From assembly GCF_009914755.1 (NCBI RefSeq), contig NC_060942.1: a stretch of DNA of 64,000 nt; one strand, written 5' to 3'. This document shows positions 1 to 13,658 of the stretch, in pieces. Within the stretch, counting starts at the first letter, position 1, and the number at the start of each line of letters is the position of its first letter. The DNA is from the human T2T-CHM13v2.0 reference genome, Homo sapiens. A program made the position numbers and the translations under genes. A model generated the notes under the pieces. That model saw only the letters and a list, made by a program, of their open reading frames with translations, was not told the origin of the DNA and ran no database searches.

Positions 1-483
1 TTTATCCCCTTTGCCCTGAGACTGGGATGGAAGCTACCCCTTCAGCCTGGTCCCAGAATGAGAGAAGCTGAGCAGAGTTGAAGCTGACCACAAGGTCAGG
101 AGTAGGAAATAAGCATTTTGTTATAGGAATCCTCTGAGATTGCAGGGCTATTCCTTACTACAGCATAATCTAAGTAAAAGTTGATTGATACAGAAAAATA
201 TAACAGGCGAAAGCTACCAAAGAAAGTTGATGTAATGAGATTTTTGATGTTAAATCATGTATTAGAAACAGAGGCTAATAATTCTTCACCCTTATACACC
301 TAACAAAATAGTCTCAAAATAAAAATTAAGTGCTGATAACTTTTACAAGGGGAAAACTGGCCCAACACAAGAAGGAAATAGTAAATTCGTGAACTTGATA
401 GGAGATTTTCACCTGTTTCATAAATTCTGGAATTAGGTCTGCATTCTACCAGACCTAAGACACAAATTAACTGGAACCTTTCT

Positions 484-888
484 GTTGGTTGGTTGGTGTG
501 TAGGTGAGTGGGTGGGTTTTTTGTTTGTTTGGGTGGTTGTTTGGTTTTGGGTGGGTTTTTGTTGTTGTTGCTGTTGTTGTTTTTGTTTGTTTGTTTGTTT
601 GCTTTTGAGAGGGGTCTCCCTCTATTGCCCAGGCTGGAATGCAGTGGCATGATCATGGCTCACTGTAGCCTCCATCTTCTGGGCTCAAGCGATCCTCCCA
701 CCCCAGCCTACTGAGGAGCTGGGACTAGAGGCACCACCACGCCCAGCTGATTTTTTAATTCGTCATTTGTTGAGATGGGGTTTTGCTATATTGACCAGGC
801 TGGTTTTACACTCCTGGCCTCAAGAGATCCTCCCACCCCTGACTCTCAGAGAGCTGGGAATACAAGCGTTAAGCCACCACGCCCAGCC
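484..888 (-). mobile_element. Alu (AluJ-like) with tail expanded into a GT-rich microsatellite
   Basis: Reverse Alu body 604-888 (gagaggggtctccctctattgcccaggctgg...gccaccacgcccagcc); GGTT/GTT/GTTT repeats at 484-603. Confidence 0.9.
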
Positions 889-1095
889 TGGGTTAAGAGC
901 ATAGACTGGGGCTGGATTGCTGGGTTTGACTCCTGAATCTTCACATGCACTTTAAATTCTTTGGTCTTGGTGACATCATCTGCAAAATTGTGAAATAGTG
1001 TCTATTTCTTGTTGGGAGTCACACATGAGTTAATATATGTAATGTAAATTTCTTAGACTAGTACCTGGCACACAGTAAATATTTTTAAAATAAGT
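889..1095 (+). mobile_element. MIR SINE fragment
   Basis: ggttaagagcatagact...catcatctgcaaaatt...tacctggcacacagtaa resembles the MIR core and 3' end. Confidence 0.7.
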
Positions 1096-2458
1096 ATTGT
1101 TGTAATATTTAGTATGTTGACAATAATTACTACTACTATTACTATTGCTATTATTATTATACAAGCTTATTCCATTTGAAAGCAGCATGGGAAAGACATG
1201 AAAGCCAAGAACAGGCTTTTATTCACTCATTTTCATGATCAAAAATAAGGGGTCTCTCTGCTTCCTTAGTTCTGCTACTTATATCTGCCAGTAGCAGTTC
1301 GCTGTATTTCTCTATTTATTTCATAAACGGAAATGAGTCTTTTTCTGCTGTCTTTTTCTCAGTATAAGCTAATATAGAGAGCTCAAAATGCTTTATTTTT
1401 GCATATATAACTCTCTTTTTTCAACAAGGAAAAAGATTAATTGGTAACTGGTTTTCCAATAATTCATTCCTCTCAATATTCCTGGCTGCAGCTTAGCACA
1501 GCTATAAAAGTAAGCCTGCACATAATAATTAAACACAATCCCTTCTCAGCCTGTAGATGGTAAAGACTAGCTCTTAAGAATTACAACACAATATTTTTGG
1601 TCTAGTTCCCTTAAGAAGGCTATTTTTTCTACTTCGAATATTTGAAAACACATTAAAATCAAATGCAGGCAAATTGAAAATTTCCTTAACACCCTGAAAT
1701 CAAATAGTAGAACAATATAAACATTTAATCATTACATCTGACTTTGCTGCCACTGAATCTTTCAGGTGACAGTGGCTTCTGGCACCCTGAGCTCTGCACG
1801 TTCTCTGCTGCTCCAGCATTTAACCTTCATGGTCAAAGGATGCTGTCCTGGCTCTCTGGCCTGTTCAGAAGAAACAAGCAGCATTCTGGCCTTTCATATT
1901 ACATAAAATGATTTCAAAAGTCACTGCTGTGCACGTCTACGTGTGCCTCCAAATGGTTCAAAGTATTGACACAATGGTGTCCATTAGAAAAAGATAAAGT
2001 GACAAAGCAGCAACAAGAAGGCTACATGCTGTGGTTTTGCAAAACTAAGAAGATATCCAAATATGATAGGTTATGTGTTTCTGCACAATGTATTTCATTC
2101 TGTTTGTATTTAGGAATTAATCCCCTGAGAAACTGAACATTGCTCACGTTTGCCAGCTGAATCCGGTTAATTACACAGGCTGAGATAAAGTCAAGGGCAC
2201 TCGGGACATGAGCAAACAGGTCGTTAAATGCAGTAACTGGAGTGGAGGATCAGGATGGAGAGAAGACACACAGTGTTTTACAGCCCTAATTTGTTTTGGA
2301 ATGTCTTGGAAAGGGGCTAAAAAGGACGTTAATCTGACTGTGCCTGTAATTATTTGCTGGGACAGTGTCACTCTGAACATTGAATAAATGCCAGATTTTA
2401 AATATTATTAGATGGCCATCTGAAATCCTGGTGGTTTTTTTTTCTGCTTTTTTTTTGT

Positions 2459-2613
2459 TATATATATATATAAAACATATATGTATGTTTTATATATATA
2501 ACATATATGTATGTTTTATATATATAACATATATGTATGTTTTATATATATAACATATATGTATGTTTTATATATATAACATATATGTATGTTTTATATA
2601 TATATATGTATAT
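2459..2613. repeat. AT-rich minisatellite, 26-bp unit x5
   Basis: Unit AACATATATGTATGTTTTATATATAT; its C recurs at 2476, 2502, 2528, 2554 and 2580. Confidence 0.95.
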
Positions 2614-3205
2614 AAAGAAAATCACAAACCTAGTCACTCTACTGATGCAAATGATTTGGAGGTGTCTTCCTAGCTTTACAATAAGAGGAGGGACCTCTGC
2701 TGCACCCTCTGTCTCAGTTTCAGGGCAACATCTGGTCTCTTTGGAAGCAGCTTCCATGCATGACATAAGCAAACAGGGCCCCGACTTTCTTCCTGAAGGC
2801 CACTTTTCACGCTTTTCAAACTAGTTTCTGTACGTCTGAAACAAACCCTCTGCATGGAGGCCTGCAATGTGCATAGATTGTTCATAACTCAGAACGTTGA
2901 CTTTAATCAATTGCTAAATGTGTTACCTTTTGTTTGAAGAAAAATAGGATGCAAGTGTCTTTGTATATTCAAATAAAAGCTAATGAATGAAAAATTTCCA
3001 ATAACATAAATTTCAACTCCACAATACAAGTCTCAATGAGGCTAACCACTTTCTCTCATTGTTTCTTTTATCGTGGTATGCGCTAGTGCAGGATACTGAC
3101 TTTTTTTTCAGATTGGTCTTAGCACAATTACTAAAATAATTTCATTTTTCTACTTGAAATGACAGATTTAGCAGGATTAACATCTCATAAGGGATACCTC
3201 CATAA

Positions 3206-3601
<396 letters not shown>

Positions 3602-3710
3602 TATACCTGATATTTCTTATGCTTTGATTACAAATTCAACTGAGGAGACAGCAGATGCTGAAAGTCTGAAGAAGTAGAAGGGACATGTCAAAACTCAGCA
3701 AATTATATCC

Positions 3711-4078
3711 TGTTTTTGTTCATTCAGGCTGCTATAACAAAAATACCATACCCTGGATGCTTATAAACAACAGAAATGTATGTCTCCCAGTCCCCGAAGC
3801 TAGGATGTCCAAGATCAAGTCACCAGCATATGCAGCATCTGTTGACAACCTACTACTTCTTGTTTCATAGGTGTCTCTCTTTTCTCTGTGTCCTCACATG
3901 CTGCAAAGGGCAAGGGATCTCTCTGGGTCTTTTATAAGGACGCTAAATTCCATTCCTGCTGGCAGAGCCCTCATGACCTAATGACATCAACAACAGCCTC
4001 ACATCTTAATAGCATCACCTTGGGAGTTAGGTTTCCACATATGAATTGTAGGAGGACACAAACATTCAGTTTATAGCA
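3711..4078 (-). mobile_element. MaLR solo LTR (MLT1A/MST-like)
   Basis: cattcaggctgctataacaaaaataccata...tccaagatcaag...acacaaacattcagtttatagca matches reverse MaLR LTR ends. Confidence 0.8.
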
Positions 4079-4675
4079 TATGCATAAGCAACTAAAGAGC
4101 AAAAAGAAGAGACTATGGGCATCTCCTAGATAGGAAATTGAAATTCAGAAAGCATAAGTAACTCAGTCAGGTGTGAGAAATGGTGGAGCCTCCTTCCTAT
4201 TATACTCTGTAGGAACAATTTAAGGTTCCTGTATGTGTAATTGTCGGGATAGCAGCTCTAAATGTTAGATCATTCTTACCAGATAATATAAAAATGCAAC
4301 ATGATTCAATCTGGTCAATTTTGTTCTTTCCACCTAAAATAATTCTTCATTAAAATATAGTTTTAATTTACTGAATTAATTCTTTAAGCTGAATATAAAC
4401 ACAGTTGCAATGTGAAGGAAAAGTAGAAAGCTTACATAATATATGTAATGTGGACTGTCACCAATCACCCCTAACTGTAAATACATGCTACAGATGTTTT
4501 CTTACTTGTCTGAGTTGGAGCCCTGAACTGTACCCAGGTGTGTCCACTCTGAAAAGCTGTACTTCTGGGCTAGCACAGAAACAAACAGTAATCAGAAGGG
4601 GTTACTAACCTATTTCTCACCTTGGTTCTTCTGAATAAACTCAGAATTTAATCTCACCATCAATATATTGATGCA

Positions 4676-4912
4676 GATCTCGGCTCACTGCAACCTCCCC
4701 CTGCCAGGTTCAAGTGATTCTCCCGCCTTAGCCTCCTGAGTAGCTGGGATTACAGGTGCCTGCCACCATGCCCAGATAATTTTTGTATTTTTAGTAGAGA
4801 TGGGGTTTCGCCATGTTAGCCAGGCTGGTCTCAAACTCCTAATCTCAGCTGATCCACCTGCCCTGGTCTCCCGCAGTGCTGGGATTACAGGCATGAGCCA
4901 CCACACCCCGCC
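4676..4912 (-). mobile_element. AluS lacking its 3' end and A-tail
   Basis: Begins abruptly at gatctcggctcactgcaacc with no poly-T; ends gagccaccacaccccgcc. Confidence 0.9.
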
Positions 4913-5925
4913 TCCAGGAGCTACTCTTTATAGTCTTCTCTCTTCTGTCTTGTTTCTCCTGTGGTTCTGTTTTGAGGCTTTCACACTTTACTCAGGATGT
5001 ATACTTATCATAGCTACTTTTGGAAGGATTGCTGCTGATGTAATTTATTACTCTCTTTACCTCGATTTTTAATAAAGAAAGCTCTTTGAAAATGTTTTTC
5101 TTTTACTCTAACTATATTCTCAGGAGTTTATTACTACTTGCTCCAAATCTGGGTTGTTTCCCTTTTGTTCACTTTGGACTTTTGTCTAAAGACCTCTGTT
5201 AGTAGATGAATATTGCCTTTGAACAAATAAAAATATTTGAACACAGTTTTACATTGATCTATTTTAATGAACCAAAGCAAGTTTTGCATGAGTGTGCAGT
5301 AATAGATTTGCAATGAGACTTTTAAAGTCAGTTTTAAAATCTGCACTTTTGAAGATTAATTTCTTGTGCCATGCCAATGAAACACTGTCCCATTGCCAAC
5401 TCCACAATGATGTTTAGCTTTACTGAACTTCCTCCTGTGAAACTGATCTTCAAGCCAAGTTAAACTTGTTTCCTTCATAGAAATAGTTATAGGGACAAAT
5501 GACTTTAAGCAATAGGATGGATCCAGCCTTCAAGGTGACATGTATTCACCTTAGCTCCAAAGCCAATTAAGTAAACCAAAGGATCCTTTTTTTGAACTAT
5601 CCTAAGCCATTCCAAAATTATTTGTTTTATCTCATGGAAAATGTTTTGAATCTCAAGTCCCTTAAAACATACTGCAGTTATTAACAAAGTCAAGGAGTTA
5701 AAAGGCAGTCTGCCTGCAGAATCTGCTGAACAATGTGTCAACCTTAGGGATATAGTTAAAAACTGGAATGGATCTGGCCAGTCCCTTTGGTCTCACAGAA
5801 ATTCCTAAACCACACTGTACTTTGAAGCAATTTTCCAGGCACCCCTCTTTGCAAGTTCTGCATTGCTTCAGGGTCCTGACTTCTAAGGTTTATTTTAAGA
5901 TCTTCTAAAAAGGGATTAGAAATCA

Positions 5926-6070
5926 GAGGATGAAGGGTGGGAGGACGGAGAGAATACTAGGCTTAATAGCTGGATGGTGAAATAATCTGTACGACAAACC
6001 CCCATGACACCTGTGTAATAAACCTGCACATGTACCCATGAACTTCAAATAAAAGTAGAAAAAAAAAAAA
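5926..6070 (+). mobile_element. L1 3' end fragment (older L1PA) with poly-A
   Basis: gaaataatctgtacgacaaacccccatgacac...aacctgcacatgtaccc...aaataaaagt then A-tail; agaaatca on both flanks. Confidence 0.82.
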
Positions 6071-7529
6071 GAAATCACAAGTCAGTTGACCACAGAAAAT
6101 CCCTTCAGCCTAAACTCCACCTGGAATATGAAAATGGGCCCCAATGACAGATAATAATTAAATGGTCCATGGTTGATTATGATAATAAACACATTGGAGA
6201 ACACTGTTAATTGGGAAAATGTTAACTAAGAAATTGTGGAGATGCATGGTTCTGAGAAGAATCGGGGAATTTTGTTATCCTTTCCCCACACCCTAGGCAC
6301 AGTATTGTGTTTGGCATTAACTACAGTGGAGCTTTTAATAAAATTGAACAATATTTTGGAACCAACTGAAGGCAACCAGTGAAGGCAACAAGCCTATCCT
6401 CAAATCTCTAATTTTAGATACTGTGTGACTCTGGTGGCTGTCTTTAGAATGTTTGTGGAATGTGCGGCTATTTAGTGCCTATTGTTCTCAAGTGGTAGCT
6501 TTAGAGGGCTCCAAACACAAGAGGACAAATCCCATTCAACAATATTATAAAGTTTACTTTAATAAAATTTCTGATTTATAATAAAAATACACTCCTAATT
6601 TATCTCACTTCATAAGCCGTTAATTTTTTTTAAAGGGTGACTAGGCAACAAATACATTTTAAAATAAAATGCTGTGTGATGTTTGGATTGGGGTACAAAG
6701 CTAATAGAAAACAAAGGTTGAAATTTTAAATGTACTAATGCATTAAATGTTTGTGTTAATTAATTTCAGAATCGAATATTTGAAATTCTTGTAGTTTTAA
6801 AAAGTAACCAGCTGGTTTATTTTCATACTTCTGTATGTTGTTTTCATACGAATTTCATCATTACTCAGAAATCATTTTTCAGACCTGTTAGTGCTTTTCT
6901 GCAAATATATATGATCTTTCTTTCCAATGAATGGAAAATTAATCTGAATATTTATTATAGGTTCTCATTTGATACTGGCTTTTAAAAAGCCATCTTTATG
7001 AGCTGTACAATACTTCATATAAATGGAACATGTAAATCTTAATGATCATCTTTATGCAAATTATCAGAATAATTATACTTTTTATGCTCCTCAATAATTA
7101 TTTGTATTTCAACATCAGTGGTCCTTGTGCTTTCTTCTTTTATGGATGTAAGACTAGAAGGAAAAAAATAATTCCTAGTGGTGTAATGGTCAAAACCACT
7201 AGCGGCCCTCTTCTTGGAAATAAACAAAGATACTCATCACATTCCTCCCACGTACTAACTGCAAGCAATATCACCCTGTAGGCACTCAGGGCTTCTCAGA
7301 CTGTGTGCATTTAAAGGGAAACATATGGAAAATATTTCACTTACTTTTCATTCACTCTCTGACTACCCACAATGTGCCAGGCACCTGCATCCAAAGAGGA
7401 GAAAATGCCATCTTGCCATGTGCCCAAAAGCAGCAGCTCTAAATCCAGCTGAACAAGAAACTGTGCAAAGGATCCCACCAAGCATGCTTCTGCTCACTGA
7501 ACATCATTTTCTTCCTAAAAGCAAAATGT

Positions 7530-7870
<341 letters not shown>

Positions 7871-8035
7871 TCATCCAGTCATGACTCCAGGATTCTGGGC
7901 AATGCAAGGTTGTCCCTACAGCCAGTCCAGATGTGACTCTTTATGAGCTAGAAACCTATGACCCAATGCACACTTGTGAAATGAGATGGGATAGACAGTT
8001 TCAGAGCCTCCTTGCTATGTGGAATGAGGTATTTG

Positions 8036-8107
8036 ATTATTTGTACCTAATTATAGGTACCTAATTATTTGTACCTAATTATAGGCACCTAATTATTTGA
8101 TTAGGTA
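8036..8107. repeat. Short higher-order tandem repeat (alternating 14-bp units, 28-bp period)
   Basis: TACCTAATTATAGG / TACCTAATTATTTG / TACCTAATTATAGG / CACCTAATTATTTG at 8044-8099. Confidence 0.9.
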
Positions 8108-9949
8108 GTAATTTTGCACTCTGGGAGGGGGCCACCAGTCCATTGTTATCTGAAGTGATGTCATTTTCTGGGAGTTTTCCAATTTTCTATCGTCTGCCTT
8201 AACTCGACCTCTGAAGCGAGCATGGGAGCATACACTTTCTTTAGGAGCTAAGAAACTTCTTCAGATGCTTTCTGCCCTAGAAGCTCAAGGATGATTTATA
8301 AGCTCCAAAAGCGATTGACTTTTTTAGAGAAGTTTTGGATTTCTTTGGCAGTTTAACTCTTTAAAACTTTGCAGTTTTGTGATCTATTTGATTTTACTTG
8401 GTTCCATGGGCCAGTAGTTACACCCACAGTTTTGATTTTTTTTTTTTCTAGAAGTACTTCTCTTCAATCCTAAGCCTCCTGCTGTTTCTCTCTCAGACCT
8501 TATGCCCTCAGGTTTTGGTGGGAGAACCACCCCTTTGCTCTCTTTTCCCTGAACCATTTCTCTATTAAGCAAGCATATTGGGCTTCACCTTTGAGCAGAC
8601 CTTGACTCTGAGATGCTTTCAACCATTCACAGGCTTTAAGAAAGGGCATGTAGCTCAAAGGCTTATCATTTTTATTTTATTGGTATTGACTTGGAGTTGC
8701 GAAGCAGTTGCCTTTTTCAACCTCGAAAAGCTCCAAGTTTTAAATACACTCTATCTCCTTTTGATCCTGTGTGCAAACTGAGCAATTCTTTTTCTTAATA
8801 CCCTGCCAAATACAGCCTATGGCAACTAACATATGCTGATAAGTTTGTTAATATTCTATCTTCCAACTCCTTTTCCTAGGGTGGATATTTTCTAATCCAT
8901 TCACCAAGTTACTACAGGTGACGTTTTAACCAAATATTTCCCTGCTGCATAACATGGATCAGCCTCTATCCAACGCCCAGTTCATTTCCTTTCCCTTGCT
9001 GACTGAGCACCAAGACAGTGACACATAGCATCACCCTTCTCAGCTGACTTCTATTCTTTATTTCTTTTATTTTTTTTTAAATTAGACAGGAAATGTTAGG
9101 CACGCACCTGTAACAAACAATCCCAAAATTTCAGTGTCTTAACCCAACCAATTTTTTTTTTCTCAATTACACAGTGAGTCTGCAGAATGGCTCTGTTAAT
9201 CATCGACATCACATATTCAGACTGATGCAGGCACCATGTTGCTATTTGCTATTATATTGGCCTATTTATGGTGTTTTCCACATAGTGGGACTCAAAAACA
9301 TGTTCATTGAATGGAATGGATGATGTGAGATGAAGGAATGGAATGAGTTAGATGACAGATGTCAAAAATGACCCCAAGGTTTGTTACATGGATTGAATAA
9401 GAAATAACTATCTGCTGACAACCCTGGGTCACCTTTGGCAAAAGTTGCCTGCAGGCTGCCATCAGCAGGGATTCACAAGCTGTGTACTCAGCATGAGACC
9501 AACTCAAGGGAGCTTTCCTCTGCAGCAATGAGGAAATAGCTTCGTTTTAAGGAAATAAGTCTGCCTATCTGCAGGCTCCACCTCTGTCAGTAGGAGCCAC
9601 CAGGGACACTGTGCTCCCAGAAGGACCCCCCCTCCCCGCCATCCCAACCTCCCTTTAGTTCTCATAATTTTCCATAGAGCATCAGCATGGGGCTGTCAGA
9701 ATTAATCTCAACGTGCCCTTTATCTCTGTCCATGTCAGCTACATGCTCTTTCTCCTGCCTCTTTCATCTCTAGAATCTCATATCTTGGGCTTTATGATGG
9801 TCTTTCCAACTCCTTCTCATGCCCCTGCACACATCCTGATATTCTTTTTATGCTACTAGAAGTCATCATCAACCAAAATTCTTGATGTCACTTCCCTCAG
9901 CAGCTATTGTGCCAGATATTTCTCTTCTTGACCTAAAAACAATTACAAA

Positions 9950-10830
9950 ATAAATAACTTCTAGATTGAGTTGTCTATTATTTAACTGTCTGCACTGACT
10001 CCAACTTCTGTTTCTCTTCTCTCCTGCTTTCTCTTGCACCTATTCAAGCTGTCTTTTGTCTTCCAACAAAGACAATAAGGGAAGCCTAACAAAAACTTTC
10101 CTTATTAAGGGAGCTAATGCTACCTTAAGAAAAAGGTAACAAAAACTTTCTAACAAAACTTTCCTTATTAAGGTAGCTATGCTCTCCAGGTTGGAAAAAT
10201 CTTACAATCAATTTTTGGACTTCATTTGACTTGAGCTTTGCTAGCATGAAAAAGTCAGCTACTCTCTCCTCCTTGAAATATTTTTTGTTCTTGGCTTTCA
10301 GCATATTGCACATTTTTCTGGTTTCTTCTTCCTTAAATGTCTGTTATGTCTTAGTTGCCTTCCCTGTTTGTTTCCCAAATATCGAACTGTGGGAGTATCT
10401 CAGGTCTTAGCCCTTAAATGTCTTCTTTTTTTCTACCTACTCAGACTTCTTGGTGATCTCATTTAGTTCCGTGACTTTAAAAGGAATCAATATACTGTTG
10501 ACTCCCACATTTATAAGTCCGATCTGAATTTCTCTCCTGAATACCAAGCTCATATAGTGAACTGCCTATTCATCCATCCACTTCAATAACTAATAAGAAT
10601 CTGAGAATTATTTCTAAAACTGAACTCTTGTTATTTTCCTCTAAATCTGCTTTTCTCATAGTCTTCATCATCTCACTACATGATAAATCCATTTTTCCAG
10701 TTGTAAAGGCTCAAACTTTTGTATTCATCTTTAATTTCTCTTTCCCTCATACCCTGCTTGCAAATCTTGTAGGCTTTCCTGAATATATCCTAAATGTGAA
10801 TGATTCTCATCGCCACCATTCCCCACTCCA
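9950..10830 (+). mobile_element. Degraded L2 LINE
   Basis: L2-like pyrimidine-rich tracts (tgactcccacatttataag...ctctcctgaataccaagctcatatag...aactgcctattc...aaaactgaactc); boundaries approximate. Confidence 0.6.
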
Positions 10831-11349
10831 CTGCTATATTGATCCTAGTTACCATTCCTCTTCTCCTGTTATCCATTTCCACTGCTTCTCCTCAACCCTT
10901 TTTACTTCTTTTTTAGTGGCAACTTTATTTTTGTATTTTACTCAATGCCTCTTAATACGTGTTCATTTGATGCTATTCTACCTTACATACCTTGTACTTT
11001 AAAAAAACCTAGGAATGTCTTTTGTCACTTCTTTCATGCTATTCTTTTCATTTTTCCTATAGTTTTTGTTCATTTCCATTCTTAGTTTATGAATTTTTGA
11101 TTCAAGTTTATATTTTACACCCTCAATGATTGAGCACATTCAACTATTTTTGGAGTGTACTCATAGTTTTCTTCTGCTTCATGTTACTTTTGGGGATTGA
11201 GGTGTGGTAGGAGTTTATTTTCCTTAATTTATTTGAATTTGTGTGAATTTTCTTGTCTTGAATTTCTGCAGTAGTTCTCTATGGACTTTTGTTTTCTTTG
11301 CTGATTTTTGTGATATCGGGATGATGTATAAGAGTCCTAGTTTGTTGTT

Positions 11350-11460
11350 TGGCTGGATTTGATCATTCCGCAATGTATGTGACTCAAAGCATCATGTTGT
11401 ACATGATAAATATATAAAATTTATATCTCAATCTTTACAAAATTAAATATTTGAACAAAA
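11350..11460 (+). mobile_element. L1MA-type 3' end fragment
   Basis: gatttgatcattccgcaatgtatg...catcatgttgtacatgataaatatata. Confidence 0.6.
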
Positions 11461-11749
11461 AAGGTTAAAACACAGCATCTGACTACTCAATAGTTAACAG
11501 AGTTTGTAATTAAAAGTACTTTGTCAATGAAAAAGTCCTAGTTTAATATTGCCCTTTTTCTGTCATTTTAATAAGGCCCAGGAAGTATGATAGGGTTTTG
11601 TTTGCTTGCCTTTTGTGATAGGGATGGTCAGTTCCCTGATACTGTGGCAACATGTTACTTACAGGACCCTAATCTTCTACTTTTTCTTCTTTTCCCTCTA
11701 CCACCCAATTGCTAAAGGGTGTTTCTTCCTCTCTCTTTGCTTTTATTCT

Positions 11750-12105
11750 TTTCCCTTCAACTTTTATTTTAGGTTCAGGGGAGTGCATGTGCAGGGTTGT
11801 TACATGGGTAAATTGCAGATTATTTTGTCACCCAGAAAATGAGCAAAGTACCCGACAGGTAATTTTTTGATCCTCTCCCTCCTTCCACTCTCCACCCTCA
11901 AGTAGGCCCTGGCGTCTCTTGTTCCCTCTTCAGTGTCCATGTGTACTTCGTGTTTAGCTCCCACCTAAAAGTGAGAACATGCAATATTTGGTTCTCTGTT
12001 TCTGCATTAATTCTAGTAGGATACTAGCCTCCAGCTGCATCCATGCTGCTATAAAGGACATCATTTTGTTCTTTTTTATGGCTGCGCAGTATTTCATGAT
12101 GTAAG
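11750..12105 (-). mobile_element. L1 3' end fragment (older L1PA)
   Basis: caacttttattttaggttcagggg...catgtgcagggttgttacatgggtaaattgc...gtgagaacatgcaatatttggt...atggctgcgcagtattt. Confidence 0.85.
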
Positions 12106-12564
12106 CTATACAACTGGAAGACTTGCTCCTCTAAACCCAATGTGTTTTTTAAATCACATGCTTGGCCTTTTATATGACACCTGTCCTTTATACCAGATGT
12201 CCTTCGAAATCTCTTCCTTCGAACATTTTCAGTACTTTCAGGTTACTGGTGGATCTAATCTTTGTGGTGGTTGCTCCAACTCTCCCTCGGACCCCTTCCC
12301 GCACCCCCCCTCTGACCCTCCTGGCTCTTGTTCTTGGTTGGCTTTTGGCAGATCAGCATTCTCTGCCTTGAGATTTTTTTTTCCACTTCATGTTAATAAT
12401 CCGGAAATTCCTATTTAATTTATTAAGCTTCAAGTAGATTTAATCACACCATATTCCTTATATATATTTCTCATTGCTTTCATAGATCACATCCCATTAA
12501 TTAGCGTGCTTGGAAGCTTTCCTATTAGAAAGGAATAAAATATTTGGCCTTTATATTTGTTTTG

Positions 12565-12835
12565 GTGTTTTATTACTGACATAACAAATTGCCACACACA
12601 GTAGCAGAAAGCACCACAAATTTATTATCTTATAGTTCCGAAGGACAAAAGTCCAACACTGGTCCTCCTCGGAAGAAAATCAAGCTGTTATCAATTTGAT
12701 TTTTTTGAACATATTTATTTATTTATTTATTTATTGTTATCAATTTGATTTTCCTTCCTTTCAGGAGGCTCTGGAATAAATACACTTTCAGATTTGTTGG
12801 TGTCGTTTGGCCAAATTCAGTTCCATGTTCAATGG
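12565..12835 (-). mobile_element. MLT1 (MaLR) LTR fragment
   Basis: cataacaaattgccacac...caaatttattatcttatagttccgaaggacaaaagtcc. Confidence 0.6.
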
Positions 12836-13060
12836 GGACTAACGTCAAAATGTTTTTGTAACAGATTTGGTACAGAGAAACAGTTTTAGAGCTCTGTATG
12901 ATTTCAGACTTCCAGTTTAGATACCCATATCGTTGGCTATGTTTTCATATTCCTGCACACAGCTCTTCCTGTCTCTTTCTCTCTCAACTGCCAACCACCT
13001 CAGAAGAGTTGCACAGAAAGCAATTGCTTTTGGGGTCTTAGGAAAGTATGACTAAGATAA

Positions 13061-13441
<381 letters not shown>

Positions 13442-13611
13442 TGTGCATCACATTTTCTATTGGCATCTATTAAGAATTCTCCCCCAATGCTGGCTTTCCA
13501 TCACAGAAATGCATTCATTCTCAAGGTGAGCTTCCAAGTTGTCAGAAAGGATCCTTTTTAAGCTTGTAATTTTTAAAAAATATCCAATTCCCATCTTTGC
13601 CTCCCTCCCCC

Positions 13612-13658
13612 AACACACACACACACGCACACACGCGCACACATACACACACACTACA
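13612..13658. repeat. Imperfect (CA)n microsatellite
   Basis: acacacacacacacgcacacacgcgcacacatacacacacac. Confidence 0.9.

Noticed and set aside
300-714. Asn/Lys/Pro-rich and Leu/Phe-rich ORFs
   Set aside because: Translations of an Alu tail microsatellite. The same applies to all ORFs with LECSG, PASAS, WDYR or RDGVS motifs (Alu frames).
6806-6817. 12-bp palindrome AACCAGCTGGTT containing an E-box
   Set aside because: Several palindromes of this length are expected by chance in 64 kb, and there is no supporting context.
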